From a virus (taxonomy: Duplodnaviria; Caudoviricetes), in IMG/VR virus record IMGVR_UViG_3300020050_010385, positions 31,132 to 95,131 of that record: DNA of 64,000 nucleotides. One strand, written 5' to 3'. Positions within the stretch are counted from its first letter, which is position 1; each line of letters starts with the position of its first letter. A program made the translations under genes and the position numbers. Shown one piece after another: positions 37,311-46,941 of the stretch. The notes below the pieces were generated by a model that saw nothing but the letters and a program-made list of their open reading frames with translations, searched no databases and was not told the DNA's origin.

Positions 37311-37964
37311 ATGACCAAGAAGAACCTCACAGCTGCTACCCCTAAACCTCTCCTTAATAAAGAACAGCAACTCTTCGTACGTGAATATCTTAAAGATCTT
37401 AATGCCACACAAGCAGTAATGCGTTCTTATGGTATGAAACAATCTTCAGCACAAGCTAAGGGTAGCCGCCTCTTATCAAATCTCAAGGTAGCTCAAGAAA
37501 TCCAAAAAGAATTTTCTAAAAGAACCGAGAAGGTTGAGATTGATGTAGAGATGGTTCTTAAAGGATTAAAAGATTTTGCAATGGCCAATCCAAAGGATGC
37601 TTATGAAGAAGATGGAACCCTTAAGAGCATTCATGATATGCCAGAATCATTGCAGAAATCAATATCTTCACTTGAAGTAGATGAGATCTGGGAATTCCAA
37701 GGTAATGGTAAAGAGAAGCGAAAGACTAAAATTGGTGAGACAAAGAAAATAAGATTCTGGGATAAAGCTAAAGGACTAGAATTACTTGGTAAGTATTTAG
37801 CGATGTTTATAGATAGACAAAGATTAGAAGATCCTAATGGCCAACCATTACCTGCAGTAGAAGTTCATGTGCATCGTCATATAGCTCATACTCAACCAAC
37901 ATCAGAAATACCAACACAACAAATTGATCTTCAGATACGACCAGAGGTTCAGAGTAATGTATGA
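37311..37964 (+). CDS. terS: Terminase small subunit
   Basis: QQLFVREYLKDLNATQA...Y...A...GSRLL; DKAKGLELLGKYL.MF. Confidence 0.92.
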   Translation: MTKKNLTAATPKPLLNKEQQLFVREYLKDLNATQAVMRSYGMKQSSAQAKGSRLLSNLKVAQEIQKEFSKRTEKVEIDVEMVLKGLKDFAMANPKDAYEEDGTLKSIHDMPESLQKSISSLEVDEIWEFQGNGKEKRKTKIGETKKIRFWDKAKGLELLGKYLAMFIDRQRLEDPNGQPLPAVEVHVHRHIAHTQPTSEIPTQQIDLQIRPEVQSNV

Positions 37965-39181
37965 TAGCATCAGCCTTAAAATTAGACATCGAAGTAGTGG
38001 ATTTAGTAGGAGCAGTACTCTATGAAGTCGCTAGATATAAAGTCTTATATGGAGGTAGAGGGTCTACTAAGTCTTGGGCAATTGCAGACTATATTGTTCA
38101 AAAGACTGCTTTCGGTAAGTTTAGGGTATTGTGTACTAGGGAAATTCAAGGAAGCATTAAGGATTCTGTATATCGTCTACTTGTTGATCGTATTTACTTT
38201 CATAAACTTCAGAAGTATTTCCTTATCAACAAAGACTCTATATCGAGTATATACGGCTCTGAGATTATCTTTAAGGGACTTAGACAAAATATCTCAGAGG
38301 TTAAGTCAACAGAGGGAATTGATATATGTTGGGTAGAAGAAGCAGAGAAGGTAGCTCAAGACTCTTGGGATGTACTTATACCCACAGTGAGAAAGGAAGG
38401 CTCCGAGATTATCGTGAGCTTCAACCCAGAAGATGAGAAATCTGCCACATACAATATGTTCATTGAAAAAGATGGGAAGCCAGTTAATCTCCCAGACTGC
38501 CTTAAAGCTTTTGTCAATTGGTGGGACAATCCTTGGTTCCCTAATGTTCTCTATCGAGAAATGGATTGGTGTCGTAAGAATGATCCTGAGAAATATGAAC
38601 ACGTTTGGGGAGGCAGGCCTAAGAAATATGGTCAAGCAGTTATATTTAAGAATAAGCTTAAGGTTGAAGACTTTGAACCAGCCGGTGAAGGTACCCAATT
38701 TTACCTTGGTGCAGACTGGGGTTTTGGTTCTGACCCTTGTTGCTTGGTTCGTATGTTTATTAGGGACCGTAAATTGTATATTGATCGAGAGTTCTACGGG
38801 TATGGTATTGAGATTGATGATTTACCTACCTGCTTTGATAGCGTTGAACATTCTCGTAAGTTTACAATTCGTGGTGATTCTTCCAGGCCTGATACAATCT
38901 CTTATATGGCAAATAAAGGATTTAATTGTATCGGTGCAGAGAAAGGTCCAGGGAGCGTAGAAGATGGAATCGAATTCCTTAAAAACTTTGAATCTATCAT
39001 CATCCATCCCTCTTGCACAGGTTCTGTCGGAGACTTCTCAAACTATCGCTGGAAGGTTGATAGAATTACAGACCAAGTACTCCCAATACCCATTGACAAA
39101 TCAAATCATGCTTGTGATGCCGCAAGATACGCATTGGAACCTTATATGAAAGGTGACGTCAGTATCTATGACGTAATGTGA
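37961..39181 (+). CDS. terL: Terminase large subunit (PBSX type)
   Basis: YGGRGSTKS, CTREIQ.SI.DSV, WVEEA, SFNP, GADWGF..DP, DSSRP, NHACDA.RYA. Confidence 0.96.
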   Translation: MIASALKLDIEVVDLVGAVLYEVARYKVLYGGRGSTKSWAIADYIVQKTAFGKFRVLCTREIQGSIKDSVYRLLVDRIYFHKLQKYFLINKDSISSIYGSEIIFKGLRQNISEVKSTEGIDICWVEEAEKVAQDSWDVLIPTVRKEGSEIIVSFNPEDEKSATYNMFIEKDGKPVNLPDCLKAFVNWWDNPWFPNVLYREMDWCRKNDPEKYEHVWGGRPKKYGQAVIFKNKLKVEDFEPAGEGTQFYLGADWGFGSDPCCLVRMFIRDRKLYIDREFYGYGIEIDDLPTCFDSVEHSRKFTIRGDSSRPDTISYMANKGFNCIGAEKGPGSVEDGIEFLKNFESIIIHPSCTGSVGDFSNYRWKVDRITDQVLPIPIDKSNHACDAARYALEPYMKGDVSIYDVM

Positions 39182-39183
39182 TT

Positions 39184-39882
39184 ATGGATAGTGAAATTAA
39201 ATTCTCAATTGTATTCCCTACTAGAGAAAGACCTGAACTACTTGAGAAGCTTATGACCTCGGTATTAGAGAATACCAGAAACCTTAGTGAGGTAGAAGTT
39301 TTAATTGCCATAGATGAAGATGATAATAGCTATAACCATTTAAAATTCTATTCTTGCTTTAAAGTCTTTAGAGTTAAGCGTTCACTCAATTTTTCTCAGG
39401 ATTACTATACCTTCCTTGCTCATCAATCAAAAGGTAAATGGATTATAGCCGCTAATGATGATTGCTGCTTTGAGACTATGGACTGGGATGTGGTTGCTTA
39501 TGATATTCTCAAGGACCTACCAAATACTATCTATGGCTGGTGTGAGGACGGCCTGGGTGAGTATAGAGCTAAAGGACACGGCAATTACTGCTGCTTCCCA
39601 CTTCAAGGACGTAAAGGGTTTGAAGCTCTTGGATTTATCTTTCCAGCTAGAATACCCACTTGGGGGGCTGATATATGGTGCAAGAATATTTATGATGCCA
39701 TTGATTCAGTAGTTTATTTACCAATTAAACTTATACATTATAACTATCATAACTTTACTCGTGAGCAAGATAAGGTCAGTATTCGTATTGCTGAGAACCA
39801 AGTAGCTTTTGACGTAAGGCCACATTATAGTGAAGTCAATGCCTTATTAGCTTCTCTTCGTAAGGAGCTTACTAATGAGTGA
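39184..39882 (+). CDS. Glycosyltransferase family 2-like protein
   Basis: FSIVFPTRERP..L, EVLIAID.DD, ANDD (DxD-like), W..D.W. Confidence 0.8.
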   Translation: MDSEIKFSIVFPTRERPELLEKLMTSVLENTRNLSEVEVLIAIDEDDNSYNHLKFYSCFKVFRVKRSLNFSQDYYTFLAHQSKGKWIIAANDDCCFETMDWDVVAYDILKDLPNTIYGWCEDGLGEYRAKGHGNYCCFPLQGRKGFEALGFIFPARIPTWGADIWCKNIYDAIDSVVYLPIKLIHYNYHNFTREQDKVSIRIAENQVAFDVRPHYSEVNALLASLRKELTNE

Positions 39883-40417
39883 TATTATCTTTGATCCTCA
39901 GATGACCTCTTATGATATGGCTTCACTAGAAGCTTTAGTTGAACAAAAGAGGCCTCATTGTGCTGTTGAGATCGGATCATGGAAAGGCCTTTCATCTAGT
40001 ATCATTGCTAGATACTCTGATCTTTTATATTGTGTAGATACTTGGCAAGGTGCCATGAATGAGGAGCACATGGTAGCAGAAGCTTCTTTGAGATCAGTAT
40101 TAGAGATCTTTCGTAGTAATATGAAGAACTTGAATTTAACTGAAAAAGTTAAGCCAATGGTAATGACCTCAGCCCAAGCACAAAAGATCTTTATCCCGGG
40201 TATTATTGATTTCATTTATATCGATGGAGATCATAGCTATGAGGCAGTAATGGAAGACTTTAATTGGTTCGAGAAGCTTATGCCGGGTGCTATTATGGCT
40301 GGTCATGACAATGATTCCGCACATCCCGGTGTACAGAGAGCATTAAAGGAAAGCTTTGGAGATAGCTTCAAGGCTATGGACAAATCTTCAGTTTGGTTTA
40401 TACAGAAGGCTTTATAA
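39875..40417 (+). CDS. Class I SAM-dependent methyltransferase (Methyltransf_24-like)
   Basis: VEIGSWKG.S, YCVDTW, IDFIYIDGDHSYE.V..D, L.PG..MAGHD. Confidence 0.88.
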   Translation: MSDIIFDPQMTSYDMASLEALVEQKRPHCAVEIGSWKGLSSSIIARYSDLLYCVDTWQGAMNEEHMVAEASLRSVLEIFRSNMKNLNLTEKVKPMVMTSAQAQKIFIPGIIDFIYIDGDHSYEAVMEDFNWFEKLMPGAIMAGHDNDSAHPGVQRALKESFGDSFKAMDKSSVWFIQKAL

Positions 40418-40418
40418 A

Positions 40419-41825
40419 ATGGCAATTAAGAAGAACAATTCAAAGCTTAAAGGTAAGACTCTTAAGAACAATTCTATTGGACCATTAACTAATCCTATGA
40501 GCGGTGTTTTTGATTCATTTGGATTAGGTGGAGGAGCAGCAGCTTCTCTTCCCTATGAAATGGCCAATAATAATTCTTATAATCTTATCTCCCTTCAAAG
40601 AGTATTACTTACTTATGCCTATGTCCTTCATGGTCCACTTCGTACTCTAGTAGATCAACCAGTATATGATGCCTTTCGTGGCGGTATTAAAATTAAGACT
40701 GATGAAGTAAGTCCTGAAGAAATTGAAGATCTACAAAGAGAATTAAAGAAGCTTCGAGTAGTAAAGAAGGTAGTAGAAGCCATGAGATGGGATGGCCTAT
40801 TTGGTGGAGCTGGTATAATCGTTAATACCAACCAAAACTTTAGTAGTCCTTTAAATATAAAGCAGATCAAAGAAGATTCTCCTATTGAATTAATTGCAGC
40901 TGATCGTTGGGAATTAAGTTGGAATGGAGTACCCACCTCTAAGGATGCTTCTTTTACATATTATACTAAGAATGTGCATCAATCTCGTGTAGCTCGTATT
41001 ATTGGTGAGCAGGCCCCCTCTCTAGTAAGACAGAGATTGCAAGGTTGGGGTATGTCAAAGATTGAATGTGTCATTCGTGAGATCTCTGCTTACTTTAAAA
41101 ATAATAATGTTATCTTTGAGTTATTAGATGAGGCCAAGATAGATATTTGGAAGATCAAAGGATTTAATTCTCAGGTACTATCTCAATTAGCTCAAGGTAA
41201 GACAGCTAAGAGAATTCAAATGGCTACTTATATGAAGAACTTCCTTAATGCCATTACTCTAGATGCCGAGGATGATTACCAGCAAAAGACTATGACATTT
41301 ACTGGCCTCTCTGATATGCTTGAGCAAATTCGTATTGGTATTGCAGCAGCAGTAAGAATGCCCATGGCTAAGATCTTTGGTTTAGCGGCTAAAGGCTTTG
41401 CTAGTGGGGAAGATGATATTGAGAATTACAATGCTATTGTTGAGAATGAAAGAGAGAAAGCTGAAGAGATCCTAGAGCTTATTATCCCAGTCATAATGAT
41501 GAAGGTATGGGGCTTTGTGCCAGATGATTGGGCAATTGAGTGGAAGCCTTTAAGAGTATTATCTGCTGAGCAAGAAGAGAATGTTAAGACCGCTAAATTT
41601 GCTAGATATTCTTCTCTTTATTCTCAGGGCATCCTTAATCCTCAAGAATATTGTGAAGTGCTCAAGCAGGAAGGCATCCTTCAAATTGAGACTGAAGTTT
41701 CCAAAGGTACCGAACCTGAACCGCCAATGATGCAGCAAATGGACATGGGTGGAGAAGAAGGTGAAGACATTTCTGGAGCAAAAAAACCAAGCAGTGGAAA
41801 GAGTCCGACAAAGGAGAAAGAATAA
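40419..41825 (+). CDS. Portal protein (DUF1073-like)
   Basis: LVD.P..DA.R.G, W..LFGG..I, H.SR, GWG.S, P..K.FG....G..SGEDD..NY, W.PL. Confidence 0.88.
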   Translation: MAIKKNNSKLKGKTLKNNSIGPLTNPMSGVFDSFGLGGGAAASLPYEMANNNSYNLISLQRVLLTYAYVLHGPLRTLVDQPVYDAFRGGIKIKTDEVSPEEIEDLQRELKKLRVVKKVVEAMRWDGLFGGAGIIVNTNQNFSSPLNIKQIKEDSPIELIAADRWELSWNGVPTSKDASFTYYTKNVHQSRVARIIGEQAPSLVRQRLQGWGMSKIECVIREISAYFKNNNVIFELLDEAKIDIWKIKGFNSQVLSQLAQGKTAKRIQMATYMKNFLNAITLDAEDDYQQKTMTFTGLSDMLEQIRIGIAAAVRMPMAKIFGLAAKGFASGEDDIENYNAIVENEREKAEEILELIIPVIMMKVWGFVPDDWAIEWKPLRVLSAEQEENVKTAKFARYSSLYSQGILNPQEYCEVLKQEGILQIETEVSKGTEPEPPMMQQMDMGGEEGEDISGAKKPSSGKSPTKEKE

Positions 41826-42046
41826 TGAGACGACATGAGCTAGTTGAAAAGATGAACTCAGATTATGATTCTACGGGAACTCGGGTGCTACGTCCTGGGG
41901 ATACGGTTATGGGGTTCGGAGGTCGGAGAGGGGTTATTGAACAAATTATTTCAGGGGTTGCCTCTATAAGAATTACTCAAAGTCATCGTAGAGAGGATAT
42001 TAATAGAATTATTCAAAGACCGTTAGGCGAACTTATTAAAGGCTAA
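41825..42046 (+). CDS. Small head-module protein with MRRHELVE leader
   Basis: Coupled to portal; leader shared with 43808..44173. Confidence 0.65.
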   Translation: MRRHELVEKMNSDYDSTGTRVLRPGDTVMGFGGRRGVIEQIISGVASIRITQSHRREDINRIIQRPLGELIKG

Positions 42047-43033
42047 ATGAACACCCTTAAACCAATATACGACCACGATTCTTATTCAGCCCCGATTGCA
42101 AAGGAGATTTACTATGCTTTGTATTTGGCTATTTTCGCTCCTCTCTTCCAGATCATGGAAGGCAAGTCGACGGTTGAGAATGCTTCCAGTCGTTACTTGA
42201 TCCAGGCTTTACGTTCGGGAAAATTGCAATACGTTGAAGGATTTTTCATTGGACAACTCAATTCAAACCTTTCAAAAGAACTTCGGGGCATCGGCGCAGT
42301 TTACAATAAAGTAAAAAAGGCCTATAAGCTGGAGACTGGCGACCTGCCCCAAGATGTACTGTTGGCAATCACAGAAGGTAACATCGAAGCAAAAGCAAAG
42401 CTAAGACAGGTCGAGGATTTCCTTAAAGCCGTCGAAGGGCAAAAGATCAAGGTGGGTGACTTAACTCCGCTCTTCGGAAAAACCTTACAGGGGTTGGACA
42501 AGCAATTCGACACCACCACAAAGAAGGTCACAGGCAAAGAGTTAGGGATTCCTTTACGTCCAGAGTTGGTGGAAAAGCTTAAAGACGACTACACCGAAAA
42601 CTTAGATCTTTATATTCAGAAGTGGCACGACGAACAAATCCTGCGTTTAAGACAAAAAGTGTCTTCAAACGTACAGCAAGGTTTCCGAGCAGAGAACTTG
42701 ATTCAGGACATTCAAGCGGAAAAGAAGGTGTCCTACAATAAGGCAAAGTTTTTAGCTAAACAGGAAACATCATTAATGGTATCTAAGTATCGACAGGTAA
42801 GGTATGAAGATGCCGGTATTAATCAGTATCAGTGGAGTACTTCAAGAGATCAACGTGTTCGTGATTCTCATAAACATCTACAGGGGAAGATCTTTAGGTT
42901 TGATCAACCTCCTGTAACTGATCTTGCAACCGGAGCTCGAAACAATCCCGGAGAAGACTTTAACTGCCGCTGTGTAGCAATCCCCGTTTTATCAACCGCT
43001 AATATGTTGGAGTTTGATTATGCAGACAAATAA
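42047..43033 (+). CDS. Head morphogenesis protein (Mu gpF/SPP1 gp7-like)
   Basis: YQWSTSRD.RVR.SH..L.GKIF....PP; PGEDFNCRC.A.P. Confidence 0.9.
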   Translation: MNTLKPIYDHDSYSAPIAKEIYYALYLAIFAPLFQIMEGKSTVENASSRYLIQALRSGKLQYVEGFFIGQLNSNLSKELRGIGAVYNKVKKAYKLETGDLPQDVLLAITEGNIEAKAKLRQVEDFLKAVEGQKIKVGDLTPLFGKTLQGLDKQFDTTTKKVTGKELGIPLRPELVEKLKDDYTENLDLYIQKWHDEQILRLRQKVSSNVQQGFRAENLIQDIQAEKKVSYNKAKFLAKQETSLMVSKYRQVRYEDAGINQYQWSTSRDQRVRDSHKHLQGKIFRFDQPPVTDLATGARNNPGEDFNCRCVAIPVLSTANMLEFDYADK

Positions 43034-43811
43034 TAAACCACTTAAGGTATTAATTGCTTGTCCTACTTTAGGACTAGATCCAGATCCAGATCGCTGGCTT
43101 AATTCATTGCTCAAGATCCTTAATAATATTCGTCGTGAAGGTATTACTCATGCCCTATTTGCTCCTTATAGACAGAACTGGTGGCCTGCCAATAACGAGA
43201 TCTGGGATGTAGCTTTTGCTAATAAATTTGACTATATCCTTCGTATTGATGATGATATTCATGGAGTACCAGTGGATGGCTTTAGCAAATTATTTAATGC
43301 TAATAAGACGGTAATAGGAGCTGCTTATCCTAATCGTCGGTATCCATATACAGTACAGGCTATGCTAAGGAAAGATCCTTCTAAGAGCCTAATTGAGACA
43401 TTCGATAAGAATGAGCAGACACTTGAATCGGTACAATTCCATGGCTATACAGGTGATGATATTCAAAAGGTAGATCTAATTGGCTTTGGTATGACCCTAA
43501 TTAAAGTAGCTCCTTTTAAATATCTGGAAAGACCTATTTATAAGGGAGATGAAGTTTGTCCTGATGATTCTTATTTTGCTCAGATATGCCTAGATAATAA
43601 TATTCCTCAGTATGTGCACTGGGGAGTAAGACTTAATCATGCACATGTAAGCTTTGCTAATTCTGGTCATCTATTTAATGCTGATGTCTTGGCTGCTCAT
43701 CCTGGACTAAATGAAGATAGTAAGAATGTTTATTTAGCTGAACCACTGGATCCACCAAGTGATAATAACTTACCTAATAAAGAGTTTGAAATGAAAGGGG
43801 CAGATGCATGA
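43020..43811 (+). CDS. Glycosyltransferase (GT-A fold)
   Basis: KVLIACP, DYIL.IDDD, IGAAY..R, IGFGMTLIK, DD.YF...C, L.H. Confidence 0.75.
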   Translation: MQTNNKPLKVLIACPTLGLDPDPDRWLNSLLKILNNIRREGITHALFAPYRQNWWPANNEIWDVAFANKFDYILRIDDDIHGVPVDGFSKLFNANKTVIGAAYPNRRYPYTVQAMLRKDPSKSLIETFDKNEQTLESVQFHGYTGDDIQKVDLIGFGMTLIKVAPFKYLERPIYKGDEVCPDDSYFAQICLDNNIPQYVHWGVRLNHAHVSFANSGHLFNADVLAAHPGLNEDSKNVYLAEPLDPPSDNNLPNKEFEMKGADA

Positions 43812-44173
43812 GAAGACACGAGTTAGTTGAAAGAAGAAATAGTAAATACAAAAACTATGAAATCCGAGAGCATAAAGGCGGATTCATGGTTTATGATGAC
43901 CGTGGTGTATTTATTGATGGAGCATTTGAAACCTTAGAAAAAGCTAGGGCTTTTGTAGACAAAGCTTATCAATCTGAAAAGAAAAATGGCTACTATGGAG
44001 TAGGTGATGAGATATTAGAAAAGAGAAATAAGAAGTTTAAAATTACCATGGAAGATGGAGAAGCCTATACTTTAGAAGCTCCTAATGAAGAGGCTGCAGC
44101 AAAGAAACACTCACAAACTGTAGGCGGCAAGGGTTCTAAAATTAAGACTATTGAGGAACAAAATGGAAATTAA
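43808..44173 (+). CDS. Small head-module protein with MRRHELVE leader and two modules
   Basis: Leader shared with 41825..42046; internal EKKN and EKRN motifs. Confidence 0.65.
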   Translation: MRRHELVERRNSKYKNYEIREHKGGFMVYDDRGVFIDGAFETLEKARAFVDKAYQSEKKNGYYGVGDEILEKRNKKFKITMEDGEAYTLEAPNEEAAAKKHSQTVGGKGSKIKTIEEQNGN

Positions 44174-45299
44174 GAATGGTAAAGATTGGCCTGAAGTATA
44201 TTCCTGCAAATTCCTTGAGGCAGGTATAGTCTCTTATGAAGATTCTGGTGCTGGTATAGCCCTATTGAAAAAAGAGACTATTGATAAGATGAAGCATACT
44301 TTTATTGGTAGACCAGTTATTATTGATCACCAGAATGTGACTCCTGAGAATTACGATAAAGTAGCCGTTGGTTATGTAATTAATGTAAGATTCAATTCAG
44401 AAGATGCTTGGTTCTATGCAGACTTCATTATCACGGACGACGAAGCAAGGGCTTTGATCGACGACAAGGGATATTCAGTTTCCTGCGCATATAACGTACT
44501 AGACGTAGCAGAAGGGGGTTTATGGCACGACATCAAATTCGACGGAGAGATTACTGACGGTTCATTCACGCATTTAGCGTTAGTGAATTCTCCACGGTAC
44601 GAGGATTCTAAAATCACAAAGCAGTTACCAGCTATGCTGGTGAATGGAAAGACTGCTCATTATCTAAACAATCAAGAGGAGAGTGAAATGTCAATCTTTA
44701 AATTATTCAAAAAGAAGGAGAATGAAAAACAAGAAGACGCTTCTGCTCTTCATGTTGCTTTAAATGACAAAGCCGTTCCCCTTGCAGACGTTCTTCGGTA
44801 CTGCATTAATGGCAAGAAATTAGAGTTTGAAAATTATGCCGCCAGTAATGACAAAGAAAAATATGTTGCCAAAGATGAAGACATCGTTGATATGAATGGC
44901 AACACGGTCAGTATTGGTGAACTCAAAGCCTGCTATCTTATGAAATCTGAGAATGAAAAGAAAAACTCTGATGACAAAAAGATGGAAGAAGATGAAGCCA
45001 AGAATGAGAAAGAAGAAGAGGAAAAGAAGAAAGCTGAAGAAGATAAAAAGAATGCTAAGGAAGAGGAAGAGAAAAAAGCTAAGGAGGACGAAGAGAAAAA
45101 GAACGCTGCAGCTGAAGAAGAAAAGGCTAAGGAAGAAGAGAAGAAGAACTCCAAAGCTAAGTCCGATGCTTTCTTCCTTGAATTAAGTAACGCAAGCAAA
45201 AACTTTGATGCTCTAGAAAATGAATCTGGTTCTCCTGCTCCTAAAACTCGTGCAGAGAGAGCAGCTGAATTTAGAGCTAAAACCAATAAAAAGTCTTAA
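44163..45299 (+). CDS. Prohead protease-scaffold (DUF2213-like)
   Basis: G.PV.IDH, VG.V, SVSCAY, HLALV..PR; charged EK-rich C-terminal half. Confidence 0.85.
   Translation: MEIKNGKDWPEVYSCKFLEAGIVSYEDSGAGIALLKKETIDKMKHTFIGRPVIIDHQNVTPENYDKVAVGYVINVRFNSEDAWFYADFIITDDEARALIDDKGYSVSCAYNVLDVAEGGLWHDIKFDGEITDGSFTHLALVNSPRYEDSKITKQLPAMLVNGKTAHYLNNQEESEMSIFKLFKKKENEKQEDASALHVALNDKAVPLADVLRYCINGKKLEFENYAASNDKEKYVAKDEDIVDMNGNTVSIGELKACYLMKSENEKKNSDDKKMEEDEAKNEKEEEEKKKAEEDKKNAKEEEEKKAKEDEEKKNAAAEEEKAKEEEKKNSKAKSDAFFLELSNASKNFDALENESGSPAPKTRAERAAEFRAKTNKKS
44688..45299 (+). CDS. Nested in-frame scaffold protein
   Basis: Internal GAGGAGAG RBS before in-frame ATG (MSIFKLFKKK). Confidence 0.6.
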   Translation: MSIFKLFKKKENEKQEDASALHVALNDKAVPLADVLRYCINGKKLEFENYAASNDKEKYVAKDEDIVDMNGNTVSIGELKACYLMKSENEKKNSDDKKMEEDEAKNEKEEEEKKKAEEDKKNAKEEEEKKAKEDEEKKNAAAEEEKAKEEEKKNSKAKSDAFFLELSNASKNFDALENESGSPAPKTRAERAAEFRAKTNKKS

Positions 45300-45329
45300 C
45301 AATCGAAAATAAAACAGGAGGTTATAGCA

Positions 45330-45788
45330 ATGCCTATTCAATTGAATCAGTTTAAACTCAGCAACCAACTTGGTGAAGTGATGAACCCGGCAGCTAATGT
45401 TATTGCCGTTCGTCTTTCTAGTACTTATACGCCTTCTGGTGCAGCTGGTGACGTAGTTAAATTCAATGCCACCGAAGACGGTGATACCCCAGTGGTTAAT
45501 CCAGCTATCTCTGGTGATGCCGGTCAGGGTGTTATTCTCTTCAATGCAAAGAAAGCTACCTATGCTGCTTTAGATGTAACTGAAATTGCCTTGGAAGGTA
45601 CAATCGTTACCATGGCTGCTGCTGGTACATTACCGAGACGACAATTAGTTTCTTGGAACTCAGTTAGTAAGTATGTTCAAGCAACTGCTACGAACCAGAA
45701 CTACATTGGTATTACCCTTGATGAAGCTTCAGCTGCAGGTGATATTGTTCGGGTATTAATTCGTCCTACACCTAACGCTTTGGCATAA
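45330..45788 (+). CDS. Capsid decoration/cement protein
   Basis: Between scaffold and MCP; C-terminal G..LD.A.AAGDIVRV. Confidence 0.7.
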   Translation: MPIQLNQFKLSNQLGEVMNPAANVIAVRLSSTYTPSGAAGDVVKFNATEDGDTPVVNPAISGDAGQGVILFNAKKATYAALDVTEIALEGTIVTMAAAGTLPRRQLVSWNSVSKYVQATATNQNYIGITLDEASAAGDIVRVLIRPTPNALA

Positions 45789-45820
45789 TTTTAAAATAAA
45801 AACTAAGGAGGAAATTAAAA

Positions 45821-46876
45821 ATGAATTACAAAGGTATTGAACCAGCTAAGTTCCAAAAAATGATGGAAGAGAAGTATAATACCAAGAAGTTCAGAGGATT
45901 GGAACTCATGAACGCTAATGGTGATATTGCTACTTCTTCTTTATCATACCAATATGCTACTGATCGTTTGACCTACATTCGTCAACGTATCGTGGAGCAA
46001 TCGTTCTATGAGATTAATCCTTCTGACTACTTTGATGTCATCCCTGGTGAAGGAGCATTCTCTGCTCAGATCATTACCCAGGCTTCCATCAAAACAGGAG
46101 CTAGTTTTAAATCTGGTAAGATCAACACGGCTGGTCATAACAGCAAATTAGCTACTGCTGATGCTGCTGTTACACCGTTCTACACCTACGTCCGTAACTG
46201 GGCCTTAGCTATCGAATACAGCATTTTCGATATTCAACAGGCTTTGTTCACGGGTTCTTGGGATCCAGTTGAAGCTAAAGAACGTGCCCGTAAAATGGAC
46301 TACGATCTTGGTATTCAGGAAATTGCCTTCTTAGGTGATACTGATGATCTTACAAACTTCCCTGGTCTCTATACTCAGCCGAATGTTAATATCAACACCA
46401 CGTTGATTCCAGCTGACATCCAGAGCATGAGCACAGCACAGTTCTCTACATTAGTTGCTGGTTTAATCGGTGCCTTCTTATCTAACTGTAATCAAACCCG
46501 GTTCCCGAATACGTTTATTATTCCTCAAGACGTATATGCAGGTTTGGCTACTCCTCTTTCTCAAACCTATCCTAACATTAGCATGTTGAATTACTTAACT
46601 CAGGCTTTCAATCAGATTGTCCCGAATGGTAATTTCAAGATCTTACCGTGTGCTTATGGTATGGATGATTACAATACGGTGGCTGGTGTCAATAAACAAC
46701 GCTACATCTTAATGCGTCGTGATATTGATACTGTCTTCCAAGAACTTCCGGTTGACTATCAAACAACGGCAGTTGGTACATTGAATAACTTCAACTTCCA
46801 GAACGTTGCCTATGCTCAATATGCAGGGGTTACGGCCTTGAAACCATTGGAGATCTTGTACTTAGATAAAACCTAA
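45821..46876 (+). CDS. Major capsid protein (DUF2184/encapsulin-like HK97 fold)
   Basis: IAFLG......PGL..P.V; P.T..IP; terminal G.....P....Y.D; AAGGAGG RBS. Confidence 0.88.
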   Translation: MNYKGIEPAKFQKMMEEKYNTKKFRGLELMNANGDIATSSLSYQYATDRLTYIRQRIVEQSFYEINPSDYFDVIPGEGAFSAQIITQASIKTGASFKSGKINTAGHNSKLATADAAVTPFYTYVRNWALAIEYSIFDIQQALFTGSWDPVEAKERARKMDYDLGIQEIAFLGDTDDLTNFPGLYTQPNVNINTTLIPADIQSMSTAQFSTLVAGLIGAFLSNCNQTRFPNTFIIPQDVYAGLATPLSQTYPNISMLNYLTQAFNQIVPNGNFKILPCAYGMDDYNTVAGVNKQRYILMRRDIDTVFQELPVDYQTTAVGTLNNFNFQNVAYAQYAGVTALKPLEILYLDKT

Positions 46877-46888
46877 TTACCATAGACT

Positions 46889-46922
46889 TGGGAGGGTGGG
46901 GAATAATAGTCCTGCCCTCCCA
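46889..46922 (+). promoter_or_regulatory. Stem-loop downstream of the capsid gene (copy B)
   Basis: TGGGAGGGTGGGG...TCCTGCCCTCCCA. Confidence 0.6.
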
Positions 46923-46941
46923 CAAATAAAAGGAGTTAACG

